A stretch of DNA of 61,155 nt, the filler included, from Fonticula-like sp. SCN 57-25 (Eukaryota), in the NCBI GenBank assembly GCA_001724245.1. It is 4 parts of 4 records of this genome, joined end to end, with 100 filler letters (N's around TTAATTAATTAA, not from the genome) between each part and the next. Parts side by side here need not be neighbours in the genome. Positions count along the whole stretch, not along the records: positions 1 to 15,788 come from MEDX01000150.1; positions 15,889 to 30,745 come from MEDX01000151.1; 2 more parts are not named here. One strand, written 5' to 3'. The notes under the pieces were generated by a model. The model was not told where the DNA came from, ran no database searches, and saw only the letters and a program-made list of their open reading frames with translations. This document shows, in pieces, positions 12,233-23,349 of the stretch. How positions within the stretch are numbered: position 1 is the first letter of the stretch; every line of letters begins with the position of its first letter. Position numbers and translations under genes: made by a program.

Positions 12233-14000
12233 ATGTCGGAGGGCGATGCCGGGCCGCCGGCCAAGACGGTGTCCCTGGAGGACATTCTGGACCCGTCCGA
12301 CCGCCGCATCAAAGAGGACATGCTCCGCATGATTCTCAGTTACCTTAATGAGGAGGGACTCCATACAGCGCGCCTCGCGCTCCAGGATGAGGCCAATGTA
12401 AAGGCCGCCACGGCGCGCGAGCGGCACGGCGACCTGCGCGCCGTCCGAAAGTCAATGAAAGGTGCGTGACGCGGTCATCCTGCATGTTTCTCTAACGCTG
12501 AGCTATTCATTTGTAGACGGTGACTGGCCCGAGGTTGAACGTCTTATTCAAAAGTTGAATATCCGCAACAACAAGGCGTTCCTCTACTCTGTGTACAAGC
12601 AGCAGTTCCTCGAGATGGTGGATGCCGGCGAGCTCCAGAAAGCGTTTGCGTTCCTCACCAAGCGCTTGAAGCCGCTCGAGAACATGCAGAGCTCGCCGGA
12701 CGAGTTCCGTGACCTCTGCTACCTGCTCACCTGCAAGTCGGTCCAGGATGCGCCGTCCTTCCGCAACTGGGAAGGGATAGGGCCATCGCGCGAGAGCCTA
12801 TTGGAGCGCTTTCAGAGCATGCTCGAAATTGAGACGCAGGACACGCAACGTACGCCATGCTGATCCCTCTTTGTGTATTAACACGCCATTCGCAGCCACC
12901 GAGCAGCTACCAACGGGCCGCCTTTTGACACTGATGCGCCAGGCGCTCGCGTACCAGCTCGAATTTTCCGCACACCGCCCGAAAGCGCTCCCAAAGATCA
13001 CCACGTACGCCCCGTATTGCTCTTTCGCCGCCTGTTCTAACAGTCGCCCAGTCTTCTCGAGGATTATGCGACGTACGTCGTACCGAACTCGTGCAAGCGC
13101 GTGCTTGAAGGTCACCTTGGCAACGTCAAGTGCGTCGAATTCATTGGCGAGGAAGGCGCGTACCTTGCGTCCGGCTCGAGCGACAATACGATTCGTATCT
13201 GGAAGACGTCCGACGGGACGTGCGGCGCAGTCCTTCAGGGCCACTCGTCGCGCGTGTGGGACCTGTCCTCGAGCCGCGACGGCGCTCACCTTGCGTCTGC
13301 CTCGGCCGACGGCACTGTGCGGCTATGGGACGTGCGCTCGCACCGGCCGAGCAGCATCGCGACGTACGCGCTCGACCAGTCGGACATTTACACCGTGTCG
13401 CACCACCCGCTGCAGCGGCACCTCGTCACGGGCGGGTACGACAAGCTCGTGCGGCTCGTCGATATCGGCACGGGCGAGGTGCTCAAGGCGCTCGCCGGGC
13501 ACCGCGCGCCCGTGTGCTCCACCATCTTTAACCCGTACGGAAACCTCGTCATCTCGAGCAGCAAGGACCACACGGTCCGCTTCTGGGACATGACGTCGGG
13601 CATCTGCGTCAACTCGATTGGCGCGCACCAGCACCTCGGTGAAATTACATCTATTGCCATCAGCAGCAACGGCCAGCAGCTGCTTACGTGCTGCAAGGAC
13701 AATAGCAATCGGCTGTGGGACCTGCGCATGCTCACGTGCAAAAAGAGGTTCAAGGGTCACCAAAACACATCGAAAAACTTTATTCGCGCCGGGTTTGGCG
13801 CCAAGACGACCGTCGTCGGAGGCTCAGAGGACGGCATTGTCTACATTTGGGACACGGAAAAGGGGCAGGTGCTGCAAAAGCTGAGGGGGCACGACGGGAT
13901 CGTGTACGAGACCGCCTGGAATACCAACCAGGCCGTGCTCGCCAGCTGCAGCGAGGACCGCACCGTCAGGCTATGGTCCTACGACGAGAAGAAGACCTAG
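12233..14000 (+). CDS. LisH-CTLH + WD40 repeat protein; 3 introns
   Basis: MLRMILSYLNEEG LisH, CTLH-like segment (GDWPEVE...YKQQFLE), about 7 GH-WD repeats. Confidence 0.88.
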
Positions 14001-14230
14001 ATGGCCCGCGGCGGAGCGGCACCGAAACTGTGTTTGTGTATTACTATGAATATGAATATCCCTTTATTTCATCACCATAACGAGGCTGACGATAGGTTTA
14101 CACGAAAAGAATCGATCGTACATATATGCACCAAGAGCAAAGAGCACAAAGAAAAGAAAGAGACACTTGCACAGCAAAGCAGCAGGAAAGAAAACAGAGA
14201 CAAAAAGGAAAAATGCAACGCTTTAAGCGC

Positions 14231-15762
14231 TTACGCTTCGCAGAACGCCGTGATGGCAGTCCTCAAGGCGGCCGCAAAATCGTCCGGCGAAGCGTCGGCG
14301 GGTACCTGCAGGCGGCACACGCCGACCCACTTGACCTCGGGGCCCTTTGTAAAGGTGAGCAGCTCGCCGCCCTGCAGCGCCAGCCGACGCGTGCAATAGT
14401 ACAAAAACTGCAGGACGCCCGTGTCCGACAGCGAATGAACAAAACTAAGGCACAAAAGTGTTAGTCGTCGAAAGACAGCCAGAAAATTTCGTACGAAACG
14501 AGGTTGCCAAGCAGCTGCTCGTCGTCAGACTCGTTGGCGCCCTCGTCGTTCTGGATCGCAAACCGCTCGAGGATGGTCTCGCGCAGCACCGCCACCGGCT
14601 GGTACTGCCCCGCGAGGCAGAGGAAGAGCGCAAAAGTCGGCGTCCGCTTCATCATCGCCCTCATGTCGTCATCGAAAGCGACGGCGTTCTGTAGCGCCGT
14701 CATGGCGGGATCGTATTGCTTTACCCACAGACGCACCGCCCGCTCGCACTTGGCCACGCCTTCCGCCTCAAATGCCTGCTTGCGCGCACGGAGCGCCGCA
14801 AGCGGGTCAACCGACTGGATCGCATCGATCGACGTCGGCGGGCCGCGCGCCAGCCAGTCAACAAACAGAAGCGGGACTTCGACGCCGAGCGGCGTGCCAA
14901 AGATCAGCGAGCGCGCAATGATACGGCCAAGAGGAAGAAGCGACTCTGCCGACGCGCTGCGCAGAGAACAATAAATCAGCGGCTTGCAAAAGAAAAACAA
15001 AAAGCGTACTCTGGGNTCGGCGCAGATGGCGCGCATGGCGGTGCCGACGACGCTCGCCCAGCTCATCGCCACGCCGTCGACGTAGATCATCCAGTTTGAC
15101 CGGAGCTCGTCGTGGCGCAGCTGCCCGATGGTAGCCAGCAGCGACGCGTGGAGCGACGGCGACGACGACAGCTCGAGGACAACGGCCGAGCGCCTCTGCT
15201 GCGCCGTGCGGCTGTCGTGCAGCTTTGACAGCTGCGTCGCGCCTTGCAGGTCGTCGCTGTGCAGGAACGGGTTCAGGAGCGCCGCAGAGGCCGGCACGCG
15301 CTGACACGGCTGAGCGCGCTGAAATAAAGTCAGCTCAAGCCCACATAAAAATGGCGCGGAATCGTACCAGGAACGAGCTGACAAAGGAGGAAAGGTACTT
15401 TGACGCGAACCGCGGCGCGATCTTTGGCATGACGCAGCGGCGGCCCACGTAGACGACGCCCTCGTTATCGATGCTGAGCATGTCGGCGACGACGCAGCCG
15501 GCGAGGTACATGTCGCTCGCAGGGCTGGCGGGCAGGCTCGCGCGGCGCGTGTCGGCGCGCCCGCGGTCCTGCTTGCCGGTCGCCGAAAAGAACCCGACAA
15601 TGACGGGTACCACCTCGTCCACCTCGCGGCCGGCCGTCATGATAATGTTGCTCGTGGAGAGCGAGCCGTGCGTCACGTTGTGGGACGCGAGTACGGCAAG
15701 CGACTGGAGAATGTCGTGGATAATGCCCTGCATCGTCTTTTGCGACGCCGTCGTCGCATTCC
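14231..15762 (-). CDS. Pseudokinase C-lobe fused to a degenerate HECT-like domain (5' end lost in gap)
   Basis: HGSLSTSNII, SDMYLAGCVV and QRVPASAALLNPFL kinase subdomains, then LGRIIARSLIFGTPL..P, LQFLYYCT and VCRLQVP...S.DDFAAALRTAI HECT-like motifs. Confidence 0.55.
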
Positions 15763-15788
15763 TAAATACAAGCGTGTGAGCAAGGAGA

Positions 15789-15888
15789 NNNNNNNNNNNN
15801 NNNNNNNNNNNNNNNNNNNNNNNNNNNNNNNNTTAATTAATTAANNNNNNNNNNNNNNNNNNNNNNNNNNNNNNNNNNNNNNNNNNNN
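15789..15888. other. Assembly gap with TTAATTAATTAA linker
   Basis: 100-nt N run with a central all-frame-stop spacer. Confidence 0.98.
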
Positions 15889-15894
15889 ACGTAC

Positions 15895-16641
15895 CCATTT
15901 GCTCGGTAAGGTGCTGCCACTTGAACTTTGGAAGGTACTTTACGTTCCAAATGTCGTCGTAGTAATAGTCGCGCTTCTTGCCGCCTATTGTGCACGGTCA
16001 GCGCTCAATTACACTCAAAAAAACATTATAAACACTCTAATAAAGCACAAATTGTATATATTTGTACCGATTGTCTGGTTGTTTAGCATGGCGGCGGTGC
16101 GCTTGGCGATGCGCTTGTCGAGGAATTCGACCCATCCTTCGACGTAAAACTTTTTGCGGTTGCCACCGAGCTTTCTCCTCTTTGCGCGCGCCTTGGCGTC
16201 CTCCTGCTTGAGGTACACGCGGCCGATGGCGCCGTACCGCGACAGCAGGCTGCGCACCTTTTGAGGCTTCATGTACGGCGGGATGCGCGACAGGTAGACG
16301 ACGCCGGTGCTCTCCATGCGCTCCTGGAACTCTTTCAGCTCCTCGGGGCTCAGCGCCTTGACGCCTTTGCGCTTCTTGGGCTGAAGCGTGGGGATGTCAT
16401 TGCCATCATCCTCGCCATCGTCGTCATCATCTTGGTCGTCATCGTCGTCATCATCGTCGTCGTCGTCGTCCTTGTCATCGTCCTCATCGTCCTCAACTTC
16501 ATCATCATCATCAATTTCATCCTCCTCCTGCTCGCTTCCCGAGTATGACTGCTCCTCGTCCTCAAAGCGCTCGTCGTCCTCTTCTTCCTCCTCGACGACA
16601 GGCGCACGAGCGTGCTTCATGATGGCCGCGCCGCGTGGCAT
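15895..16641 (-). CDS. ESF2: Pre-rRNA processing protein ESF2/ABT1 (3'-truncated at gap)
   Basis: Acidic N-terminus, TGVVYLSRIPPYMKP, EGWVEF, GGKKRDYYYDDIWNVKYLPKFKWQHLTEQ. Confidence 0.93.
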
Positions 16642-16711
16642 CCCCGATATGTCCACGTGGATAGTGATTTGGTGTGTCAGCGTAACGACCTTTGATGGCC
16701 AGCAGCCCACG

Positions 16712-17092
16712 ATGATCCTCGGGATCGGCCAGGATGTTGTGAGCCTGGCGCGCTTTGCGGGCGTCGTGGAGCGCGTTGGTGCGCAGCGGCTTGCCAGGCG
16801 GATACTGGCGACGAGCGAGCAAAAGGAATTGGAAATGATCCACGCGCGGGACCGGCAAGTAAGACTGTTGGCCGCGCGGTTCGCCGTCAAGGAGGCATTC
16901 TTCAAGGCGACGGCGGGCATCGGCGAGGCAACATGGAAAGAGGTTCACGTGGAGAAAAGTGACAGGGGAGCGCCGCTTTTGCGTGTTTCTGAGCGCCTTA
17001 CAACGCAGCTCGGCATCGGTCGGTCACACGCGACGATCGCACATGATGGCGACTACCTCGTCGCTTCGGTGATCCTCGAGAGTAAAGAATGA
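16712..17092 (+). CDS. AcpS-type 4'-phosphopantetheinyl transferase (PPT2-like); intronless
   Basis: MILGIGQDVV, AARFAVKEAFFKA, GAP, TIAHDGDYLVASV. Confidence 0.92.
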   Translation: MILGIGQDVVSLARFAGVVERVGAQRLARRILATSEQKELEMIHARDRQVRLLAARFAVKEAFFKATAGIGEATWKEVHVEKSDRGAPLLRVSERLTTQLGIGRSHATIAHDGDYLVASVILESKE

Positions 17093-17722
17093 GGGGATCA
17101 TGTGCGTGTATGGGAAGCGGACGCGGTTTGCGTGTTGTGTGTATTTTTATGTGTTGGTTGTATAGCCAGATGTCCATGCGCGTTGACTTGCGGTGTGGCC
17201 TTTTGTTTTCGTTGTACATTATGATATGAACTACTTTGAGTAAAATACAACATTGAGTGACCTCTTGACATGCCAATGACCCTAGGCTTTCTACTTCTAA
17301 TACTTGGAATGAGAATTAAAAGACGAGCAAAAAAGAACAATACTGAAATAGTGCGTTTCGTTGTCATAAACTGGACTCGTGTGCGACGAGAGGGATTCTG
17401 GCCGCATGCTCCATAATTGGTACACTACGTACCGGCTTCCTATGCATATACATACAAATATATGGATGCTAGACGTAAATAGTACAAAGAGCACTCGTTT
17501 CTGTCTAGTATGATACCGGTATCATACAGTATGATATGATATGTATGAAAGAAACACATTGACCAATGACACTCCAACATTGTACAGTGGGACCAAATGG
17601 ATTATTGCAAGCTAGCCTTGTCGTGAATGTTGCCTATTTCGTGGCCACAACTCCACCTACGCACATGACACAAAAACACAATGTCGTCAAAAAGAGCGGC
17701 GCGATGTCTTCCTGCCATATGA

Positions 17723-17754
17723 TCACGTGCTTTTGTGATTTTGGGTCACGTGAT
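17723..17754 (+). promoter_or_regulatory. Paired CACGTG E-boxes upstream of WD40-SAM copy 1
   Basis: TCACGTG at 17723 and GTCACGTGAT at 17745; the pair is conserved in all three copies. Confidence 0.7.
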
Positions 17755-17849
17755 CATTGGTTTGCGTTCACGGCGCCGGCGCCGCGCATCTGCGGTAGCA
17801 TCTGTCGTTTGACTTGTTTTGGAGAGAAAGCAGAGGTAGTGACGCTGGT

Positions 17850-19928
17850 ATGGCACAGCAGTTGGCCAAAAAGACGAATATTGAGCTTCACGCCAAGGGG
17901 GTGCGTCGACGTTTTGGTGAGCTGCTGGTCTGTTGCTGATTGCGTTCGCAGGTTTTTGGTTGTGCGATTTCCCCCAATGGCACTTTGTTGGCAACTGGGA
18001 GTATTGACAAGTCACTCTGCATCACCAACATCGTCACGCAGGAAAAGGTGTACAAAGTGGAGTGTGATGATGAAGTACGTTCTTGTCTGTCCTTTTTCAT
18101 TCTAACACCATCAAGGTGCGGTTGGTCGCTTGGTCGCCCGACGGGACCCGTCTTGTCGCCGTGACACTTGGTGGCAGCGTCATCCAAGTAACAAAGAACA
18201 ATGCGCACTCGACCGTGTACAAGATCAACGCGGCTGTATGCATCATGCTTGCCGTTCATTCTTTGCTTATATTATGCTCTAGTTATGGGGATGCGCGTTC
18301 AGTCCCAGTGGGATCGTTGCCGTCGGTGGGAATGATCAAGCAGTTACACTCTTGGATCCATCCAACAACTATTCGGTTGTCGAGACATTATCTGGATTGG
18401 CTGAAAAAGTACGCTATTGTATGTTTACTTGCTGATGTTTACCGTGGCATGTGCAGGTGAGGTGTTTTGCCTTTTCACCCGACGGGAATCTTCTTGCCGT
18501 GGGATGTTTTCATGGCCACATGTATATTTATGGACTGACCAATGGCAAGTGGGCGCGAGTGGCTTATAACAAGTATCACTCTAAATGGGTACGGTGTTGC
18601 CTTTTATATTCTCATTATTAATTGTTACAAGGTCATGTCACTCTCCTTTAGTCCCTCTGGCCGCATGCTGTTGGCCACAAGTGATGACATCACTGCCTCC
18701 ATCTGGAATGTTCCATCTGGAACCACATGGCCATCAACTCCTCACGTGACACTTATAGAACACTCGCATCAAGTCAATGGCGGCGCTTTTCTTGGTGATG
18801 AGTCGCATGCCATCACTGGGTCGGCAGATGAATCCCTTAACATTTGGCGCACCTCTGATGGAGAGCAAACTGTAAACTACGAATGTGATAAATCGGTGCG
18901 TCACTTGTGCATCTCTATTTTGCTCACTATTTTCTTTCTCTTCAGGCATGGTCACTATCATATCATGCTGCATCTGGAGTCATTGCCGTTGGTACTAGTA
19001 AGGGTCATGTTGAAATATGGCAAACAGCGGCATGTGATCCGCGTAGTATTTCTGCCGCTCTTAAATCGCATGCTTGCATCCGTACTAGATTGAGCGTTGC
19101 GCAGGCACAAGCCAATGATATCCAAGCATCATTAAAGAAAGCAGATGATAAATTACGTCAGAAGATGTCACGTGAACAAGAACTGAAGCGCTCAATTGCC
19201 GACCTAGAGGAAAAACGTGCGCACTTTCTCCTTTATAAGCAGCATACTGATTGTGTCTAGTGGCGAGTGAGAAAGAGGCATTAAAGAAATTGCAAACCGG
19301 TGACTATATTGCACAGTCACGTGTGTATAGTGAGCTGAATGAGCGCCACAGTGAACTACTTGGCATCATCAATGTTTGCACGCAGACACTTGACAGCTTG
19401 ACAGACTGTCTGTCTGTTTCCGGATTGGAGGATCTCCGCGGCGACACCTTCAAGGAGTGGTTGTGCGACATTGGCATGAGCAAACTGCAAACTTCATTAA
19501 AAGATATTGACGGTGTTTCCCTGACGATGCTAAATGTGGGTGACGTCACGGAGTATGACGTCACCTTCAATGATGCCGCTACCCTTCACTTGCGCGGCTA
19601 TATTGCGCAATACAAGCTGAGTGATGACAGCGCATTTGCGCCGCCCAATGAGACTGTCCTGTCATGGGACGAAGTGCAAACTGCAAACTGGATCAAGACA
19701 CTTGGTGCCCCATATGAGTCTCTTTCCTCTGCTGGCTGGCATGGTGCTGCACTGTGTTCTCTTTCGCCGCCACGTGTCATTGAAGCCGGCAAGGGATCGC
19801 TCAAGGCACCAGACGCAGTAAGGTTCATTGGACTTGTGCGTGCAAAGCGGAGAGAACTTGACGGCGAAAAGGACGATTGGGTGTCAAAGTGGACCGGCAC
19901 GGCAACAATTGAATTACAGGCTGTATAG
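17850..19928 (+). CDS. WD40(x7)-coiled coil-tandem SAM-like protein, copy 1 (exons 17850-17900, 17952-18074, 18116-18235, 18283-18408, 18457-18588, 18632-18895, 18946-19216, 19261-19928)
   Basis: GT-AG splicing gives an open frame; WD repeats (CAISPNG, AWSPDG, AFSPSG, TGSAD); heptad region; SAM-like FKEWLCDIGM..IDGVSLTML and VLSWDEVQTANWI..WHGAALCSL. Confidence 0.85.
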
Positions 19929-20634
19929 TTTTCCTGTCTCTTTCAGTTCAGCCAAGCCTCTTTTCCCTCCATTATTTTCTTTTTCCACCATTTCTCTTGT
20001 TTTATTTACTTACAATTTTCTGATTGGACTGTGAGACAATTTTTCCCTTTTCGCCCACATTCCCTCTCTATTTATCCATCTTCTTCCACCCTCGTGAATC
20101 AACCATAATCACAAACAGAAGAGATCCGATGCTGAACTGCGCTGTGAGGGATGCCCGGCCACCCGCAAAACTGAATCACATGTTCAATTATGTCGTCCAA
20201 TCCTATTGAGCGTGTGGGCTGCGACGCGCGACAGGCATGCCTCTAGGGTAACATGTGGGCTATCAAGGTGGGTCGCTCCGCACGCGGACGGCGGCCAGCT
20301 GGCAGGCACAATAAGCGGACGGCATCAGATAAAGACATGTATACACTCGCGGGCATTGGCTGGAATTCTCTGCAGGCAGGGTGGTAGGGCGATGGACGAT
20401 GCGTGGTTGATCTTGCTTGATCACACAGTACTCGTTAGAGCCAACTTAGGAGGGCGATGAGGGAGGATGGATGGCGATGAGGAAGAGTAAACGGACTAAG
20501 GGGATGCAATTGCGTGACAGGCACATTATTGTTGAATATTGTTTATCTTTTGCACGGCACTGAAAAGATACCGCAAAGAGAGGCACGAAAACGTGCACTT
20601 GCATTTTTGCAACCTGTCCTGTGTGAGCAGTGAG

Positions 20635-20664
20635 CACGTGATGATGAAAGTTTAGTCACGTGAT
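20635..20664 (+). promoter_or_regulatory. Paired CACGTG E-boxes upstream of copy 2
   Basis: CACGTG at 20635 and GTCACGTGAT at 20655. Confidence 0.7.
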
Positions 20665-20741
20665 TTTTGCTTTGCGCGCCAACGACCACCACGGCGGCCA
20701 GCCGCGGCCTCAAGGAACCGTAGAGCGAGTGACGCTTAGCA

Positions 20742-22837
20742 ATGTCGCATCCGTTGGCCACAAGGGCGAATATTGAGCTGCACACGGATGGGGTGCGTTT
20801 ATTTTGTGTGATAAGCTGCTGATCTGATGGTGATCGTGTTTTCAGATTCAAGGGTGCGCGATTTCCCCCGACGGCACGTGGGTGGCATCTGGTAGTGACG
20901 ACAAGTCGCTCTGCATCACCAATATTACCACGCAGGAAAAGGTGTACACTGCAGAGTGTGATAGTCAAGTGCGTGCTTTTTTGCCCTGTCTTGTTTTGAC
21001 ACTTCATCAAGGTGTGGGGCGTCGCTTGGTCATCCGACAGAAAGACTCTGATCGCTGTGACAACCGGTGGCAGTGTCTTCCAAGTCACGAACAACAATGC
21101 GCACTCGTCCGTGTACAAAATCGACAAGGCTGTATGTATCATGTTCGCCGCTCGTTCTTTGCTCATCCCTTGTTTAGTTGGGTGGATGCGCGTTCAGTCC
21201 CAGTGGGATCGTTGCAGTCGGTGGAGTTGATAGAGCAGTCACGCTCTTGGACCCAACCAACAACTATTCGGTTATTGAAACATTATCTGGATTGGCTGAT
21301 GAAGTATGATATTGGATGTTTGTTGCTGATGTTTACCGTGGCCTGTGCAGGTGAGATGTCTCGCGTTTTCTCCTGATGGGAATCTGCTTGCCGCGGGATG
21401 TGATGGTGGTCACATGTATATTTATGGACTTTCCGATGACAAGTGGGCACAAGTATTTTACAAAAATAATCATTCTAAATGGGTACGATATTGGCTTTTA
21501 TATTCTCTCCATGGCAAATTAACTATTACTAGATATGGTCACTTTGCTTCAGCCCCTCTGGGCGCATGCTATTGGCCTTGAGTGATGACTACACAGCTTC
21601 CATCTGGAATGTTCCATCTGAAACCACGTGGCCAGAGGATCCTCACGTGATACTCGAGGGACACACGCGTCAAGTTAATGGCGGCGCTTTTCTCGGTGAT
21701 GAGTCACATGTCATTACTGGGTCTGCCGATCGATCCCTTCGCATTTGGCGCACTTCTGATGGAGTGCAAACTGCAAAATACGAATGTGATAAATCGGTGC
21801 GCCACGTGTGCGCCTTTTATTTGCTCATTCTTTAATGCTATTTAGGTGTGGTCGCTGTCATATCATGCTGCATCTGGCGTCATTGCAGTTGGCCTTGCCG
21901 ATGGTCACATTGATTTATGGCAAACAGCCGAATATGATTCGTTTGATATTTCTGCAGCACTTCAATCGCATGCTTGCTTTCGTACTCGATTGAGTGTTGC
22001 GCAGTCACGAGCCAATGATATCCAATCATTAATTGAAAAGGCGGATAGTGAATTACGTCAGCAGATGTCACGTGAGCAAGAACTGATACGTTCGATCGCC
22101 GACCTCGAGGAAAAATGTGCGCACTTTCTATTTTATAAGCATCCTACTGATTGTATCTAGTGGCGATCGAGAAAAAGGCCCTAAACGAACTGCAAACTGC
22201 CGACTATATTGCACAGTCAAGTGCTTTAAAAAACCTAACGGAGCGCCACAATGCTCTTCTGGGTGTTATTCATGGCTGCACACAGATACTAGACAGCTTG
22301 ACAGATTGCCTATCTGTTTCCGGATTGGAAGATGTTCGCGGCGACGCCTTTAACGAATGGCTCTGTGACATTGGCATGAGCAAACTGCAAACTTCTTTAA
22401 AAGATATTGACGGTGTTTCCCTGACGATGCTTAATGTGGGCGACGTCATGGAGTATGACGTCACCTTCAACGATGCCACTGCCCTTCAACTGCGCGGCTA
22501 CATGGCGCACTACAAGCTGAGTGATGACAGCGCATTTGCCCCGCCAATTGGGAGTGTATTGTCATGGGACGAAGCGCAAACTGCAAACTGGATTGCTTCA
22601 CTTGGTGACTCTTATGCTTGTTTGTCTGATGCTGGCTGGCATGGTGCTGCACTTTGCTCTCTTTCACCGCCACGTGTTGTTGAAGCCGGCAAAGGAGCAC
22701 TCAAGGTACCAGATGCTGTAAAGTTTATAGGACTGTTACGCGCAAAGCGATCCGAAACAGACGGCGATAAGGCCACGTGGGTGTCAAAGTGGACCGGCAC
22801 AAGCGCCATTGACAATCAAGCTGTACTTTTTTTATAG
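20742..22837 (+). CDS. WD40-coiled coil-tandem SAM-like protein, copy 2
   Basis: Same 8-exon structure as copy 1, starting MSHPLATRANIELHTDG|IQGCAISPDG; frame appears intact. Confidence 0.85.
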
Positions 22838-23240
22838 TGTTTCTTACCATTCTCATTAATCGTCTTTGTTGATACCGGATATCATGCTCTTGTGGTTACA
22901 CTTTTCAACAAGCTATGATTATTAATTTATAATTTTGATATGTTACCGGTATTGTATGTATCATATTCAAACGGCAAAACAACAAGAATTAGATGTGAAT
23001 TTGAGTTTGAATTTTAGTTGAACCACCAGTACCGGGTACGGCATCTGACCGGACAGACGAGACGTTCAGATGATGCTTGCGCAATGCTGCCGACGCTAAG
23101 AAAGAGATGCAGCTTGGCCACAGCCGTACCGCCCGCGTTATGCGCAGAATGATCGAGGTAGTGCAACCCGCCGGCTTACTTTCAGCTGGGCAGCACACGC
23201 CATCCTTAGAAGATCATTATTGTGCTGATCGCCATATGAT

Positions 23241-23270
23241 CACGTGATGAAATAAATTTAGTCACGTGAT
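23241..23270 (+). promoter_or_regulatory. Paired CACGTG E-boxes upstream of copy 3
   Basis: CACGTG at 23241 and GTCACGTGAT at 23261. Confidence 0.7.
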
Positions 23271-23349
23271 CTTTGCTTTGCGCCAACGACTGGCGACCGC
23301 CCACATCCACGGCGGCCTCGAGCAAAAGTATAGGAAGTGGCGCTTAGCA

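Noticed and set aside
15789-15888. TTAATTAATTAA palindrome within N runs (also 30746-30845 and 46254-46353)
   Set aside because: Artificial contig linker; adjacency across these gaps is not interpreted
16712-17092. AcpS as a recent bacterial transfer
   Set aside because: Eukaryotic mitochondrial PPT2-type enzymes have this form, and composition matches the host genes
19930-20630. Transposon or hidden gene in the inter-copy spacers (also 17100-17700 and 22840-23230)
   Set aside because: No transposase or RT motifs, terminal repeats or convincing spliced ORF seen by eye
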